A stretch of 64,000 nt of DNA from Microthyrium microscopicum (Eukaryota), in contig MU004236.1 of the NCBI GenBank assembly GCA_010405405.1, positions 446,576-510,575 on the forward strand, given 5' to 3'. The position numbers and the translations under genes were made by a program. Shown here in pieces: positions 36,906 through 49,516 of this stretch (its first letter is position 1; every line of letters starts with the position of its first letter). Below the pieces are notes generated by a model. It had not been told where the DNA came from, did no database searches, and saw nothing but the letters and a program-made list of their open reading frames with translations.

Positions 36906-39900
36906 TTATGTCGTTTCGTGTAGTGTCGTGCATGTCGACATTTCGCTTCTAGAAGTCCGTCGCCGCTCCTCGACAAAAACAGGCTTTTCGTCTGCGGCAG
37001 CCGCCGTGTCTTCCTCGGTGTTAATGGGGTCTTTTGAGGCGGCTGTTGCCTGTGCGCTGAGTTTCTCTCCCAGCACTTCGAGCAGTTTCTCGGAATACTG
37101 GCTTAGCACCTTGGCCATCACAGTCTCTTCGAAGGCATGATTTGCTCTTATTGCTTTTTCACCCACCGCGCGTACGGTCAGTGTGAGCTCTCGCTCCAAT
37201 TCTCGCAACATTTCTGGAGGGAGATTGTCGTTGGTAGCCGCAAGTTTGCGTCGATACGATCGAAGAGCTCGGCATATCACATCCGTACCATTTGCCAGTT
37301 CTGCAGGATTGGATACAGGTGTAGTTGCTGCTGCTGGGCGGGTACCGCGCCGCATGCTCGTGTCCAGTGATGACTTTCTATGTACTGCAACGCGTGGTGA
37401 CTTGCGATGGGGGCTAGGTGGCGATGGAGAGCGATTAAGACGTGGTCGCCTAGGTCGTCCACCGCTATCGTAAGATGATGGAGCTGGGTCCAGTTTCGGT
37501 GTCTGAGCAAGCGAGAACCGTGAGGTGCGCTTTTCGAGCGATCTATGCGCACGTTTCGGCGGCACAGTTGGTGTCGTCGTATCTTCTTGCTCGGGAGAGC
37601 CATGGCGGAATCGCGCCATCTCTGACTGCGAAAGGACTCTTCGCAAAGGAGGCTTACCACCTAGGAGATCCTTGTTTGTATTGAGTCCCATGAGCTCCAT
37701 TGAGCTCGATAGATCCTGTTTTGGAGGCTGTCGTGCCCCGAAAGTCCAGATAAAGACAGTTCCATCCACGGCAACTGTGACAAGACATTTCTTTATAATG
37801 TCGTTCGATTTGGGCTTGACTTTGGTCGAGATTATGGTAATGTCAGTGATTCCTTCCGTGTGACCCCAATCTTTGCCCAGAATTGAACCATTCTCGTCAT
37901 ACAGCCGCAAGGACTTGTCTGTGCTGGAAACACCGGCGAGAATGTTTGAGCCATTGACACTTGTAAGATGTATCAAGGATGAAAGCACAACCGCATCACC
38001 TCCTTCAGAGTCAGATGCTTTGAAGCTGTTCATTTGATGACCAGTCAGCAAGTTATACTTGAATATGTTGCGGTCGATGGTGGATATGAAAAGTGAGTCA
38101 TTTCGATCTGTGAGAAGGGCCATTGATGTTGGAGTTGCTTTCAAAGTTATCGTTCGTAGTATCACAAAAGCCGTAAGCAGCTCGCCATTTTCTGTTCGGC
38201 AAAGCCCTTCTCGAACTACGACTGTCCGATCGGAGGAGCACGATATAAGCTGTTTTCCATCAGCTGTAAAGACAAGTCCAGTCACAGCTCCAACGTGCTC
38301 ATCAAGAGTCTGCTGAAGTTCCCAGCCGTGGGTTGTCCTTCTGAAAACTTGTACTGTCCGATCTCTGCCGCATGACGCGACAAGAGATCGTGATTCAAGG
38401 ACTGCTATATCCGTTATTTCGCCAACATGAGCCTTCAAGCTGAAAGTGCAAGCACCAGTATTTTCATCAATAAATCTGGTAGAGGTCAGTAAAGTTCCTT
38501 TTCCCATGATATCTTCACATACCTTATGCAACCTAGCTTATCCCCCGTAATCATTACTTTTTCAGATGACAATGTTCGAACTACTTTCAGCTCATTCATG
38601 GGTGCAGGATCCGACTCGTCGGGTTGGTCTAGATCAATATTGAACTGACGTTTGCAAACTCCATCTGCCGCCCAGAAAAGAATTGTCCCATCTGCAGACC
38701 ATGTGAAGAACGCAGCAGATAAAACGTCATTTTTCGGCAAAGGCCGTACGCCCAATACAGGCCCTCCATGAGCTGGTAATTGCAAAGCCGTTTGTAGGTC
38801 TTCACAATCACCTGGGTTGGGTGGCTTGATGAGTTTAATAACTCGTCTGTCATTAATAGTGACCATGTGCTGTCCCAGAGGAGCCAACGCGACTACGAGG
38901 TTGTCCGAGCCTTCTGATGAGTCTTCCGGAGGTGGCGAAGGGGGCGACGACTTTGTACCAAGGAACGACTTAAGATCAAAGCATTTCATGACTCCTTTTC
39001 CAGTAATTAACAACTCCCCAGTCGGACATACACTCGCTGCGGTGATAAAAAATCCAACGTTGGTAACCTGAGAAAGGCGTTGACAGCCATCCGAGTCATC
39101 GAGGAGGCATACGTCTCCAGAATCCGAGCAAACAATGGCCTGGCTTCTGGAGATGGGTGCAACTGCTGTAAATGTGCCTTCCAGCATGGACCCCAAAAGG
39201 CAATTGCGCCCATGTAGAATTCGATGTGAGCCATTGGAGTTCTGGGAATGCGAAAAGAACCCAGCAAGTGCCTTTACTGGGGTAGTAACTGGGGTAGTGG
39301 TAGTTGAACCATCCAACCGCCAAACCTTGACATGACGAGTGCCAACGGTTATTAGATTCGATCCCATCCATGCTATTTGGCAGATGTTGCTCGTACACTT
39401 GTTGCTAGCATACAACGACGCGGATCCATTGCGGCTATTGATTGACCAAATGTAGAGAAACCCGTCATTGGCGGCTCCGAGACTGGCAAGATATTGAGAA
39501 TTTGGACTGAAAGCCACGCATCGTACACCAAATGTATGGTCCGGTAAACAGGTCAACGGAGAATCGTGGGAAGATTCCTTGGAGGTGGAGAATATGAGAA
39601 CACGGGGTTTGTAGCCAGTCTAAGATAGGTTAGCTGAATATCAATATCTAGATCAGCATAACGTACCTCTCCTACAGCCAGATATCTTCCATCTGGACTA
39701 AAAGACACGCATGTCGCAGCCTTGACCCGCTCTCGCGCAGTCCATGATTTGCCGCCAGGAGAATCGGTATAGTCTGTGGAAGGAGAGAATGGAGCAGCAG
39801 GGGCTATCGAATCGCGGTTTGCAGGTCTAGCTCGGAAACTAGCCGTAGAACTCGTTGGTGTAGAAGGACCGTAGACAGCCAAGATGGGATTGAGAGGAAT

Positions 39901-40191
39901 AGCCGTTGGTCGCGCGCGATAGAATCGTTGAGTGAAGTTCAGATCTTGATCGAATGTGCATATCACAGCAGCAGCGCCTGCGGTGAAAGCTAATAGTCGC
40001 TTGGAGGAGAGTGTAGTTAGGGAATTCGGCGATTCGGCGGTAGTTCCAATAACATGATTTAAAGATAAGCCAGCATCATTCCGCGAAGCTTTCGAGGGTG
40101 CCTTTGAGGGTTTGGAGCTGGATTGGGCAGTTGGAGTAAGTCTGACGCCCCAGGGGCCAACACTCAACCGGGAGTTGTTGGGTGTCGCCAT
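36906..40191 (-). CDS. WD40-repeat protein, WDR62/MAPKBP1-like (2 introns)
   Basis: Three in-order ORFs joined by introns (~39621-39667, ~38478-38523). VSFSPDGRYLAVGE, HTFGVRCVAFSPNSQYLASLG, AHVGEITDI..SCGRDRTVQVF; helical C-terminus. Confidence 0.85.
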
Positions 40192-41010
40192 TTTGTTCTA
40201 TACAATTGAGCGCAATCATGAGCATTGATTGAAGATGAAGCCTCGCTGAAGGGCATGATCTAAATACTGGGCATTGGGCAGTTGCAGGGAGAACAAGGTG
40301 AAGTCCGGAATGTATGAAGAGGTGAACAGAGTTTAAGCGGTGACAAAGGTCCCTTAACCTTAACCTCTGAATCAATGCCAAATAGGGAGGTGAAGGGGAA
40401 TTGGTGATGGAAAAGGGAGAGCAGAGCCGCGAATCCTTTGGAGTTGAGATTGGTGAGATTACAGTTTACCGTAGAGTACTGGGCTTGGTGAGGTGCTGGA
40501 GCAGTGGAGGCTGGAGAAGAAGGCGTGTCTTGAATCGTAACTGCCGTATCAACGTCCTCCATCACTGTTCCTGCCGTTTTTTGGTGGATTGTACCTGCCC
40601 CGAGCTCCGTCGCGGTTGCTCAACAACGACGGAAGCTAGCACTAGCGCGTCAACAACCAGCAGGGGTCCCTGTCAGTTCACCTCAACTCCAGATTGAGAT
40701 CGATCTAGCAGTCTCCATATTTTCTTTTATTTCCCCATTGCGGAGAATTTGTGATGCTGGTGCACGTGGTTTGGGTTCTTCCAGTGCATTTGTCTTGTGC
40801 TCCGACTTGTTCCAATCTTCTGGTGGTTGGTGATGAATATTCTGCATGCCAGACACAGCAATGAAGCAATCTAGAATCTAGGCTCTAGCATTGCCATATC
40901 CGAACAGATGGGAGATATTGCTCTATCAAGATAAGAGCAGGTATAGGTTCATAGTCAATTGAGACAGCAATGTTATGGTAGAAGACTCTAGGAAGGAATT
41001 TGTAAGTAGA

Positions 41011-41910
41011 TCAATTGCTCTTATAGTCATTGGGTGCTAAACTCTGCTTGATATTGATCGATTTGAAGAACCAAGTCTTTCCAGCGTCCGCCGTCACTGC
41101 CTTATCAGCAGTAGCATTGATGATTCGGGTTGGTCTGAGTCCCCAGCCTGGCTCCGGTTTCTCCAGAATGATCGTAGTATTGACATAAGCTAAACGTATC
41201 AGAAAGCTGAGCGGTCCTAGAGCTAGAGCAGACTTACAATGTGCATTGACAACACCTTTATGGCTCCCTTGACATTCGGTCTGCATGTAGAAGCCGTTCG
41301 CTTTACCTGAAGCTATGAAGTTTGTCAGTGGCTGAAAAGAAATTGAGGTTGGAGTATTGTACATGTTGAAAGCGTTGATACTGCTTTGCCATTGATAGAC
41401 ACCGTTTGATCGTACTTTTTGGTACTTGGATTATACTTGACTGATTCTTGTCAGCGTCCAGACAACGACAAAGTAAGGATCCCTCAATACTTAGAATATG
41501 TACTCCCTCTGTTCCAGCTAATGGTGCTTGCTTTCCAGTAATTTGTCCTCTGTTATGAAGAGTGCTAGCAAATACACACCAATAGCCTTTTCCAGGATTA
41601 CCGCAACCACTTTTCAAATCAGCTACACACACTTCCATGACCATTTCAGGAGTTATTACCTCGTGTACATGAGCTCATTAGAAGATACGACAATAGGCTG
41701 GATGAGATCTCCATTAGACGTGTCTAAGCCCGGCCATATTGCCAGACGTGATTGTGGAGGATCAGTAGGAGCGCCTGGCAGTAATGTTGTCTCAAAAGAC
41801 TCGATGATTGCATTATTTCCTGGATATGTTCGAATGCCAAATGATGGCCCGAATAGGTAGTGAGATGACTGTGCAAAAACACCAATGGCGAAAAGCAAAA
41901 CCAGAAACAT
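41011..41910 (-). CDS. Small secreted beta-rich protein of unknown function (4 introns)
   Basis: Signal peptide MFLVLLFAIGVFA. Exons splice cleanly to ..RLAIWPGLDTSNGDLIQPIVVS..YWCVFASTL..YNPSTKKYDQTVSINGKAVSTLST..GFYMQTECQG..YVNTTIILEKPEPGWG..TADAGKTWFFKSINI. Confidence 0.8.
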
Positions 41911-42577
41911 TTCGAGAAGTGATAATGCACTAGAAAGGATGGTTCACGATGATGGTGGTTGAAGGTACGATATGGGCTTGCAATATCGATATCTCAAAGT
42001 TTAATTGCGCTTCTTATATTAACATCTTAATATACAGAACAGTCCCATACCAGGTCTTCGGATCATACAATATGAAGCAGGCACAAGACATCGAACTAGA
42101 ATTTTATGGCAAGAAGGCAGCACTCCAATACTTGTATCAAATGAACATCTCGTACGATTCTGCAAGAATCTTGTAATACTACACTTCAATATTCCACTGC
42201 AGTCAATAAGATATCTGAATTGTGCAAGTAGATTTTTACACCATGCCAATCACTTTGTAAACCCGAAAGACTTTCGTGTCGACGAACAGGTTGACGATCA
42301 TGTTTGGTAGTATACTTAAATAATACTACAAAGATGTGACTTGATTATTGTAGGTATACAACAGAATTGAGATATCATGAGGCTATCACATGTCAAAAGT
42401 TTCGTTGTTGAAATGTCTAAACTCTCTGTATCCTTCAAAAGCATTATTTGCCGGATTGAAGAAATTAGAAAGGAAAAGATACTTTCGTCAGTAGGATAAT
42501 ATCCTATTTCAAATGTGAATGCTTCTAGATAGTATTGCTGTAAATGGGAGACTCCATCAGTAATCAATTTGTCGGCA

Positions 42578-42583
42578 CCGAGG
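42578..42583 (-). promoter_or_regulatory. FarA/FarB-type fatty-acid response element (CCTCGG)
   Basis: CCGAGG on + (CCTCGG on -), ~140 bp upstream of a peroxisomal beta-oxidation gene. Confidence 0.55.
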
Positions 42584-42721
42584 CGATCATGCAAGGTACG
42601 GTACCGGTACTGACCTGAGCACTCTTCTAAAGCATATGATTTTGTACATCTCAACCTCCATCAAATACCTCTCAGCGCAACTACTCCATTTCAACGCCAT
42701 ATCGTTTGAAAAGTAACCAAA

Positions 42722-43578
42722 ATGACAGAACTATTCCGTGTCCCAGTAGCATCAACCGGCGGCCACTTTGCCTGTACATCGCCCGCAAAGGACGTCTACC
42801 TACTCTCATTCCAATCCGTCCCAGACAACCGCACAACATCAGACTTTCTAAGCGCCTACCTCCTATCCCTCAACATCATCGAAGCAAAATACCCCGGCGG
42901 CGTCCTCATCACAACCAGCGCAATCGCCAAGTTTTTCAGCAATGGTCTTGATTTGGAACATACCATGAGCACACCAGACTTCTTTCGCGACCGCTTCAAT
43001 CCCATCATCCGCAAACTCCTCACGTTAGCTCTTCCATAATCTTTGCAAGAACATGTTTGCTGATAGAGGATAGATTCCCTATGCCGACAATAGCGCTAAT
43101 GAACGGCCACGCATTCGGCGCGGGTGTGTTTTTAGCTGCCGCACACGACTATCGCATCCAAAATGGCAGTAAAGGATTCATCTGCCTGCCGGAAGTAGAC
43201 ATGGGCATTCTTCTCCCCTCGACGCTGGCGATTCTCGTAAAGCAGAAACTGCTGGCGCCGAATGTTTACCGCGACTTGACCTTGGAAGGACGACGTGTCA
43301 ATGGCCCGGAAGCACTAGCCTATGGCTTAGTAGACGGACTAGGCGGGCTAGAGGAGGTTTTAAAGTTGATTTCTGATAGAAAGCTCATACAGAAAAGCAA
43401 GGCAGGCGCAATTGGTGGACTGAAGGAGGACGCGTATCGGGAGATTATCACGGCGATAGATGGGTATGATCAGGACGCCGAGTGGCGGGATGCGCTAGAG
43501 AAGAGGAAGAAGGCCGATGCGGCGAAGAATGAAGAGCTGGTTGCACAGTGGGAGAAGAAGTCTGGTTCAAAGTTGTAG
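42722..43578 (+). CDS. Peroxisomal enoyl-CoA hydratase/isomerase (crotonase family; 1 intron ~43024-43073)
   Basis: KFFSNGLDL, PMPTIALMNGHAFGAG, CLPEVDMG; C-terminal PTS1 SKL. Confidence 0.9.
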
Positions 43579-43742
43579 GTCAGCGATATATGCAATTATT
43601 ACCAGTCATTTGCTATCTATGAGAATAAACGTCCATGCGAAGCGCCTTGCTATGCCAAATGCTGTTCGAGTATATGATTTTATACAAATGCTATGTGCGT
43701 TAGTGTCGTTAGTCGTCGTTAAGTATTATGTAGCCCAAGATA

Positions 43743-46145
43743 TCATGAAACATCCATGTGATCTCCATCAAGCGCACGCTCAGTCTCCAAAACGTCTTCA
43801 GGAGTTTCGTCCTCAGCTCCGGTATGCGTGGCACGATCGTGGCCAGCAGTACCATCTGAGCTTGGAAACATCTTCAGTAGTTGTTCGCCTTCAATTGGGC
43901 TGAGAAATTCATCCAATAAAGAATGGGCTGCGTCGCCAACTGCTGGCTCAATTCCTCGCTCCAAAACGATTGATTCGCAAAATGCTATTCTTGACAAGGC
44001 GATGAGATGCATATGGTCGCCGCCCTCGACGGCCTTGAGCTTTTCTCGAAGATCAATGCTTTCAGAGTGTGTGGTCACAATGATGTATAGGAGTCGTGTG
44101 CCAGATTTGATGCATTCAAGAACAAGGTTATGCGCAACGGGTTGTAAACCCTGCGGAGTGTAAAGCAATTCGATCGAGCTGTTTAGGAACTGAATTATGC
44201 GGCCGATTGCAGTTGGGTGTTTAGCCACTGATACCCCGTTTCTGGGAGGCGAGCATATTGCCTGAATGGTTTTGAACACTCCGATGCGGAAGCGAAGAGT
44301 ATCAAACAGGTTAAGATTCCGGTCTAGTTTGGACTCCAGTGGATCGAGGCATAATAGGGATGTCAGCCTATCTAGAAGGTATTGCTCCAGACTTTCTTGG
44401 TCTGCCACTGAGTCAAATTCCGAGGACTGAAAGATAGGTCCAAAAGAGTCGTCCAGCGCCGAGGTGCGAAGGAGAGCACACATAGATAAATGATGATGTA
44501 TTGGTTGAGTCGGATAGAGGAGCACAAGTGTCCAATGCAATGTCATGGTGCTCCAAAAATTGGCGACATCTTCATTGGATCCCTGGCAAGATTGCGCAAC
44601 CGAGAGTAGAAGATTCAGGCAAGCTTTAGTGTTGATGTTTTCATGGTCTTCGAGACCTTCGTCGATTTCAGATTCATTCTTCTCTGAAGCCAAGGGGAAA
44701 GCAACAACATTGACAGACGCCATAGCAGGAGGAAGAATGCTCGAGACAAGCTTGCGAGCATAGCTGAAGCCGTTTTTGGAAGTCATGAAGTGCAATATAT
44801 CGATTATTGGTCCGATTACGTTGTAGTACTTCTCTTGTATGGATTGGTCCCAGAGCTTGCAAATGATCCTACAGAGTCGCATTGTGGGATCCTCACCCGC
44901 AATGGCACTAAGGGACCATTTGTCCAGAATGAACGTGGAAAGATTGATTGACGGCATCGAAGGCAGATACAACTTCCCCATCACATCCATGAATCTTTCG
45001 CCAGTTGCGGATATCTTATAGTCCAAAAGAGATCGAACGCTATCAGATTCATGGTCCGCGATACTGACTTGGAAAGTGTGGTCTGCGTACTCTTCTAGTT
45101 CGTGATCCGGCGAAAAGAGTTGAACTGGACTTGCATCAAGAAGTCGGTTGTCCAAAAGCATGGCCCTATGGCCAGTTGGGCTTTGATCTGCGCGTTTGCG
45201 TTTCTTCTCTGCTCTACGACTTGGAGTGCCGGTTTTGCTACCGGTCCGTGATTTGATGGGGGAAACTGGAAGGGGAAAACTGTCTTGATCATCATGGAGT
45301 TTTGGTCGCTGTTGTCTGACCCTGTGGGTGGACGGTGAAGGCGGAACCTGGTCATCGTCGAACCCATCCCCAAACGAGACATCTAGTGATTTCCTAGGAC
45401 TAAATGGATTATCCCCGAAGCTGCCAGGTTTGGATTTAGGTTCAGGTCTTTTAAGTGTTTGACGATTTTTGTTCGACTCAAGAGCTATATCATGCTCGAG
45501 AAACCTCCGATCGGTCTCTGCTTGCTCACGAGCCTTTTGATGGACTTCCAATTGTGCCTTTTGTCGAGCAGCAGATTCATTGTGTGCCTGCTGTATGCTT
45601 TGAAGCTTATGTTCATATTCGTATGCCGATTTTTCGATACGTTGGCGCAATATGGCAACTTCTCCAGTTTTGGATTGAGCTTTAGCTAGATCAGCGTCGG
45701 CTCGTTGCTTTAGGAGGGCATTCTCTCGTTGAAGACGTTGTATCTGAGCTTGTAAAGAGTTGCTTTGTGTAAGATCTTGAGATTGGCGAGGCACAGGCTG
45801 GGGAGTTGAGCTGTGTCTGGAACCGCGGTGAGCTAGCTGCGGAGGATTGGGTGAGGGTCTTTGAACAGCATGAGGCTGATATTTCAGATTCGCATATGTT
45901 GGTCGTGCACCGGTACGAGAATAGTCATCGAGATTAATCACCTCTTCTTGAATGTCTGAAGGTTCGAAAGTGGGATAGGCAGGCGGGGGCTTTCGTGTAG
46001 TGGAGAGATTGGGGCGTGATAGCACCGGGGGTCTAATTTGTGGGATATTGTTCTCCAAAGCTTGAATGGTAGAAGGAGGTAGGTTTTCCAGTACGTCGTC
46101 GTCGAATTCATCGTCAAAGTCGTCCGCAGAGTCATTTTCAGCCAT
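43743..46145 (-). CDS. rad26: ATR-interacting checkpoint protein Rad26/UvsD/Lcd1 (ATRIP) family
   Basis: Acidic N-terminus, coiled coil (KTGEVAILRQRIEK), FGDGFDDD, and C-terminal HLIALSRIAF..ERGIE..AHSLLDEFLSPIEGE. Confidence 0.8.
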   Translation of the reverse strand: MAENDSADDFDDEFDDDVLENLPPSTIQALENNIPQIRPPVLSRPNLSTTRKPPPAYPTFEPSDIQEEVINLDDYSRTGARPTYANLKYQPHAVQRPSPNPPQLAHRGSRHSSTPQPVPRQSQDLTQSNSLQAQIQRLQRENALLKQRADADLAKAQSKTGEVAILRQRIEKSAYEYEHKLQSIQQAHNESAARQKAQLEVHQKAREQAETDRRFLEHDIALESNKNRQTLKRPEPKSKPGSFGDNPFSPRKSLDVSFGDGFDDDQVPPSPSTHRVRQQRPKLHDDQDSFPLPVSPIKSRTGSKTGTPSRRAEKKRKRADQSPTGHRAMLLDNRLLDASPVQLFSPDHELEEYADHTFQVSIADHESDSVRSLLDYKISATGERFMDVMGKLYLPSMPSINLSTFILDKWSLSAIAGEDPTMRLCRIICKLWDQSIQEKYYNVIGPIIDILHFMTSKNGFSYARKLVSSILPPAMASVNVVAFPLASEKNESEIDEGLEDHENINTKACLNLLLSVAQSCQGSNEDVANFWSTMTLHWTLVLLYPTQPIHHHLSMCALLRTSALDDSFGPIFQSSEFDSVADQESLEQYLLDRLTSLLCLDPLESKLDRNLNLFDTLRFRIGVFKTIQAICSPPRNGVSVAKHPTAIGRIIQFLNSSIELLYTPQGLQPVAHNLVLECIKSGTRLLYIIVTTHSESIDLREKLKAVEGGDHMHLIALSRIAFCESIVLERGIEPAVGDAAHSLLDEFLSPIEGEQLLKMFPSSDGTAGHDRATHTGAEDETPEDVLETERALDGDHMDVS

Positions 46146-46220
46146 TTGGCGGGTTCATTGAGTGGATCAAGGCATCAATACCTAGAAATGAAAGGTTGAG
46201 CAGACAATTGAGACAATTTG

Positions 46221-46226
46221 ACGCGT
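46221..46226. promoter_or_regulatory. MCB element (ACGCGT) upstream of rad26
   Basis: Perfect MluI site 76 bp upstream of the ATG of a checkpoint gene. Confidence 0.45.
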
Positions 46227-47120
46227 AAGCCAGCAATTTAACAGGCAATAACGAAGGAGGAGAGTTGGATCAGGGAGCAGAAGAGATGTTGTCGATAATT
46301 TGGTATTTGCCAAACCGATGGGTGCCTGACGATGCAAGATCTTGAATCCTCAAATATAAGGCTACAGACAGTAACCCTAGTCCTCGTGCTCTAGTGTTGA
46401 TCTTCACATGCCATTGAGCTCTACCGGAAATGAAAGCTTCTACTCCCCAGCAGCGAATATAAAGGACAAGTACAAATACGGACGTGGTTTGTTGAATCAG
46501 AACAATTAAGCAGCATGTGTTGAATGGATAGCATCTATGATACTAGGACAATGTGACAGCAATAAACACATAATAATACAAGCAGTTGGATGAACCACCA
46601 TCTAACCACCATTCGATGGCTGGGGATTTTCGTCAAGACATGCCATAGAAGATGATGGACTCCAGGAATAGTCCGCTCTAGGCAGCTGGGTTATGGCGGA
46701 TGTAAGTAATAATAGCTTACTGCGGAGTATTGGTAGTTATGGTCGCTGACGTAGGCATACATTTTACGTGCAGGCCATCATGTACCAAGCAAAGACCCCT
46801 GTAAAACTGCGCGGTGCCAATACTTCATCTCCAACTCCAACTCCCAGAGCATCCGACAATCCCCTCCACTTTACAGCTTTACTCATCGCGAGCTCCATCG
46901 TTAACAACACTTACCGTGTGTTTTACTGGCTTCGCGGAAACCTTGTCGCCAGATCCAAAAGCCTGTGGAGAAGCCTATTCGCACTGAGCAGCCACGGGTC
47001 CGTTCCAATAATCCCAGCTACAACAACGACCACTTCCATTTTCCGGCATCACCAGCATCAACGCTGCGAGACATTCATCGCGTTTCCCCCCCTTCCTCTC
47101 TCCCTCCTATCCTCGCCACA

Positions 47121-48945
47121 ATGCCTAAATCACGCACAAACGTCCAATTCCAACATAGGGGTAGTGGAAGCAGACCGCGCAGGTCCAGCAGCCAAGCTCT
47201 CAGCGACGTCAGCGAATCTACCTCCGAAAATAATACTCCTTCGCGAAATGGCGCTCCAATCAGCAAGAGATCCGACGTGAGTACTGTCAATCTGTGTCGA
47301 AAAGGCAATCAAAGCACACAACTGACCTTATACTTTAGCCTCTTCCGCCGTCCTCCGACTTCGAAAAAAAGAAGCAGACCTTCATAACTCGGTTCATATG
47401 GAGTATCGCAATGATCCTTGGCTTCATCGCCTGCCTTCTCTCCGGCCACATCTATATCATAGTCCTCCTCACCGTCATACAAGTCGTCTCCTTCAAAGAG
47501 GTAGTATCGATAATAGATGTACCCAGCAAAGCGCGCAGTCTAAGGTTCACAAAATCTCTGAACTGGTATTTTCTTGGAACTGCCATGTATTTTCTATACG
47601 GAGAATCGTTGATCTACTACTTCAAACACATCGTCCTGGTCGACCGCAGTAAACATATCCTCTCATGGCTTACAAGACTTTGCTAACTCCACTAGTTCTT
47701 AGTCCCTTTGCGACACATCACCGCTTTATTTCTTTCATGCTCTGTAAGAAATTCCCGCTATCAACAGGTGTTGCAATCACCCTTTCATATCATGCTAACT
47801 GGATCAAGATATCTGTGGATTTGTTTTCTTCGTTGGCTCCCTAAAAAATGGCCATTATCGTTTCCAATTCCAACAATTTGGCTGGACTCATGTAAGATCC
47901 TCGATTGATTGGCAAGCCACTACTGATCACAAACTAGATTGCTCTCTACCTGATTTGTGTCCAAGGTCACTTTTCTATCAACAACGTGTTTGAAGGCATG
48001 ATATGGTTCTTAGTTCCAGCTGCTCTTGGTACGTGTTTTCATATTGTATTCACCTGAAGCATGGTTCGATATGCCTCAAACTGGTGCGCGGCATGGTCGA
48101 ATCGGCATACAAGAGACTCTGAACAATGGGATTTTTCAATCACAAAACTAACGTATCGCAGTTATCTGCAATGATATCTTCGCATATCTCTGTGGCATAA
48201 CATTCGGGAGAACCCAGCTCATCAAGCTCAGCCCGAAAAAGACCGTAGAAGGTTTTCTCGGAGCCTGGGTCTGCACCATAGTTTTTGGCTTCTTTTTCAG
48301 TAATTGGCTGAAGCAATCCACCTACTTCACCTGCCCAGTCAATGTTAGTAATCAAAATACCTTAAAAGATCCCTGCTAATCATTCATAGGACCTCGGTGC
48401 TAACTACTTCACTGGTCTCGACTGTGTCGTCAATCCAGCATTCATCGAACAACGATATCACCTACCATTCGACTTTCCAACCTGGACCAACATTCCCAGC
48501 AGCTTTATGATGGAACCATTTGAGATTCATATCCTCTTCCTATCAACTTTTGCTTCGTTGGTTGCTCCATTTGGTGGGTTCTTTGCCTCTGGAATCAAAC
48601 GTACTTTCAAGATCAAGGACTTTGGCGACTCCATCCCTGGTCACGGCGGTATGACCGACCGCATGGACTGTCAGTTCATCATGGGAAGTCTTATGTACTT
48701 TTATTACCAAGGATTCATCGCCACTCACAAGGCTAGTGTTGGCAGTGTCATCGAAATGGCCATTACAGGCCTCACCGCGGAGGAACAACTGGATGTGATC
48801 CGAAGGCTAAGCACTCATCTCGTCAATCAAGGCGCCTTAGGTGGCCAGGTATGTCCTTAACACTCCTTACGATTACAGAAGACAGACTAACATTCAACAG
48901 GTTCTGGAGTATCTGCAAGGCCAGTCACTAACGGTGAAACGGTAG
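47121..48945 (+). CDS. CDS1: Phosphatidate cytidylyltransferase (CDP-DAG synthase), multi-intron
   Basis: VICNDIFAY, LIKLSPKKTVEGF, APFGGFFASGIKRTFKIKDFGDSIPGHGGMTDRMDCQ. Confidence 0.95.
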
Positions 48946-49516
48946 CAGTCATCTCCATTTGCAATTTCTTCTGTACTTATTCAACATCACCCTGCTCTTT
49001 GGAAAGCTGCATGACTACGGCGTCACGATACATTCTCACCCTTCTGTTAAATTTCCCGCTGGTGATTCTCTGGCCAGAGACTCGCCAAAAATAATCACCG
49101 TCATTTTGTGGGTTCAACTGTTTTTGGCATGATTGATGCGGCTTTTCTGGACAAGTTTGTTCCCTCCATCGCCCTCTGCAAAAGTACTCGTTTCATTGAG
49201 TGGTTTGAGCTAGGTGTTTGTGGAAATGTTGCACGTCTTTATCACTTGGGTTCGCTTTATTGGCTTTATTTGTAGATATACCCTATGATTCTTATTCAGT
49301 GGTTAATCATTTGCCTTTGGATTGTCTTTTATGACAGTGACTTGCTAGCTCTCGCTTATCTACTTATCAAGAGGAGTACTTCTTTAAGGAGATGCTGTTT
49401 CGAAAGATCAATTACTAGTTATTTGACTGGGCTATGGACAGGCCTATTAGAGTATCAATGCAATTAGGCTCATACATTATAATTACTACAGTCTTCTCGG
49501 TCATAACCGATCACAT

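Noticed and set aside
42316..42654. 112-codon minus-strand ORF in an AT-rich spacer
   Set aside because: Non-ATG start, no recognisable motif, and it overlaps the promoter of the enoyl-CoA isomerase.
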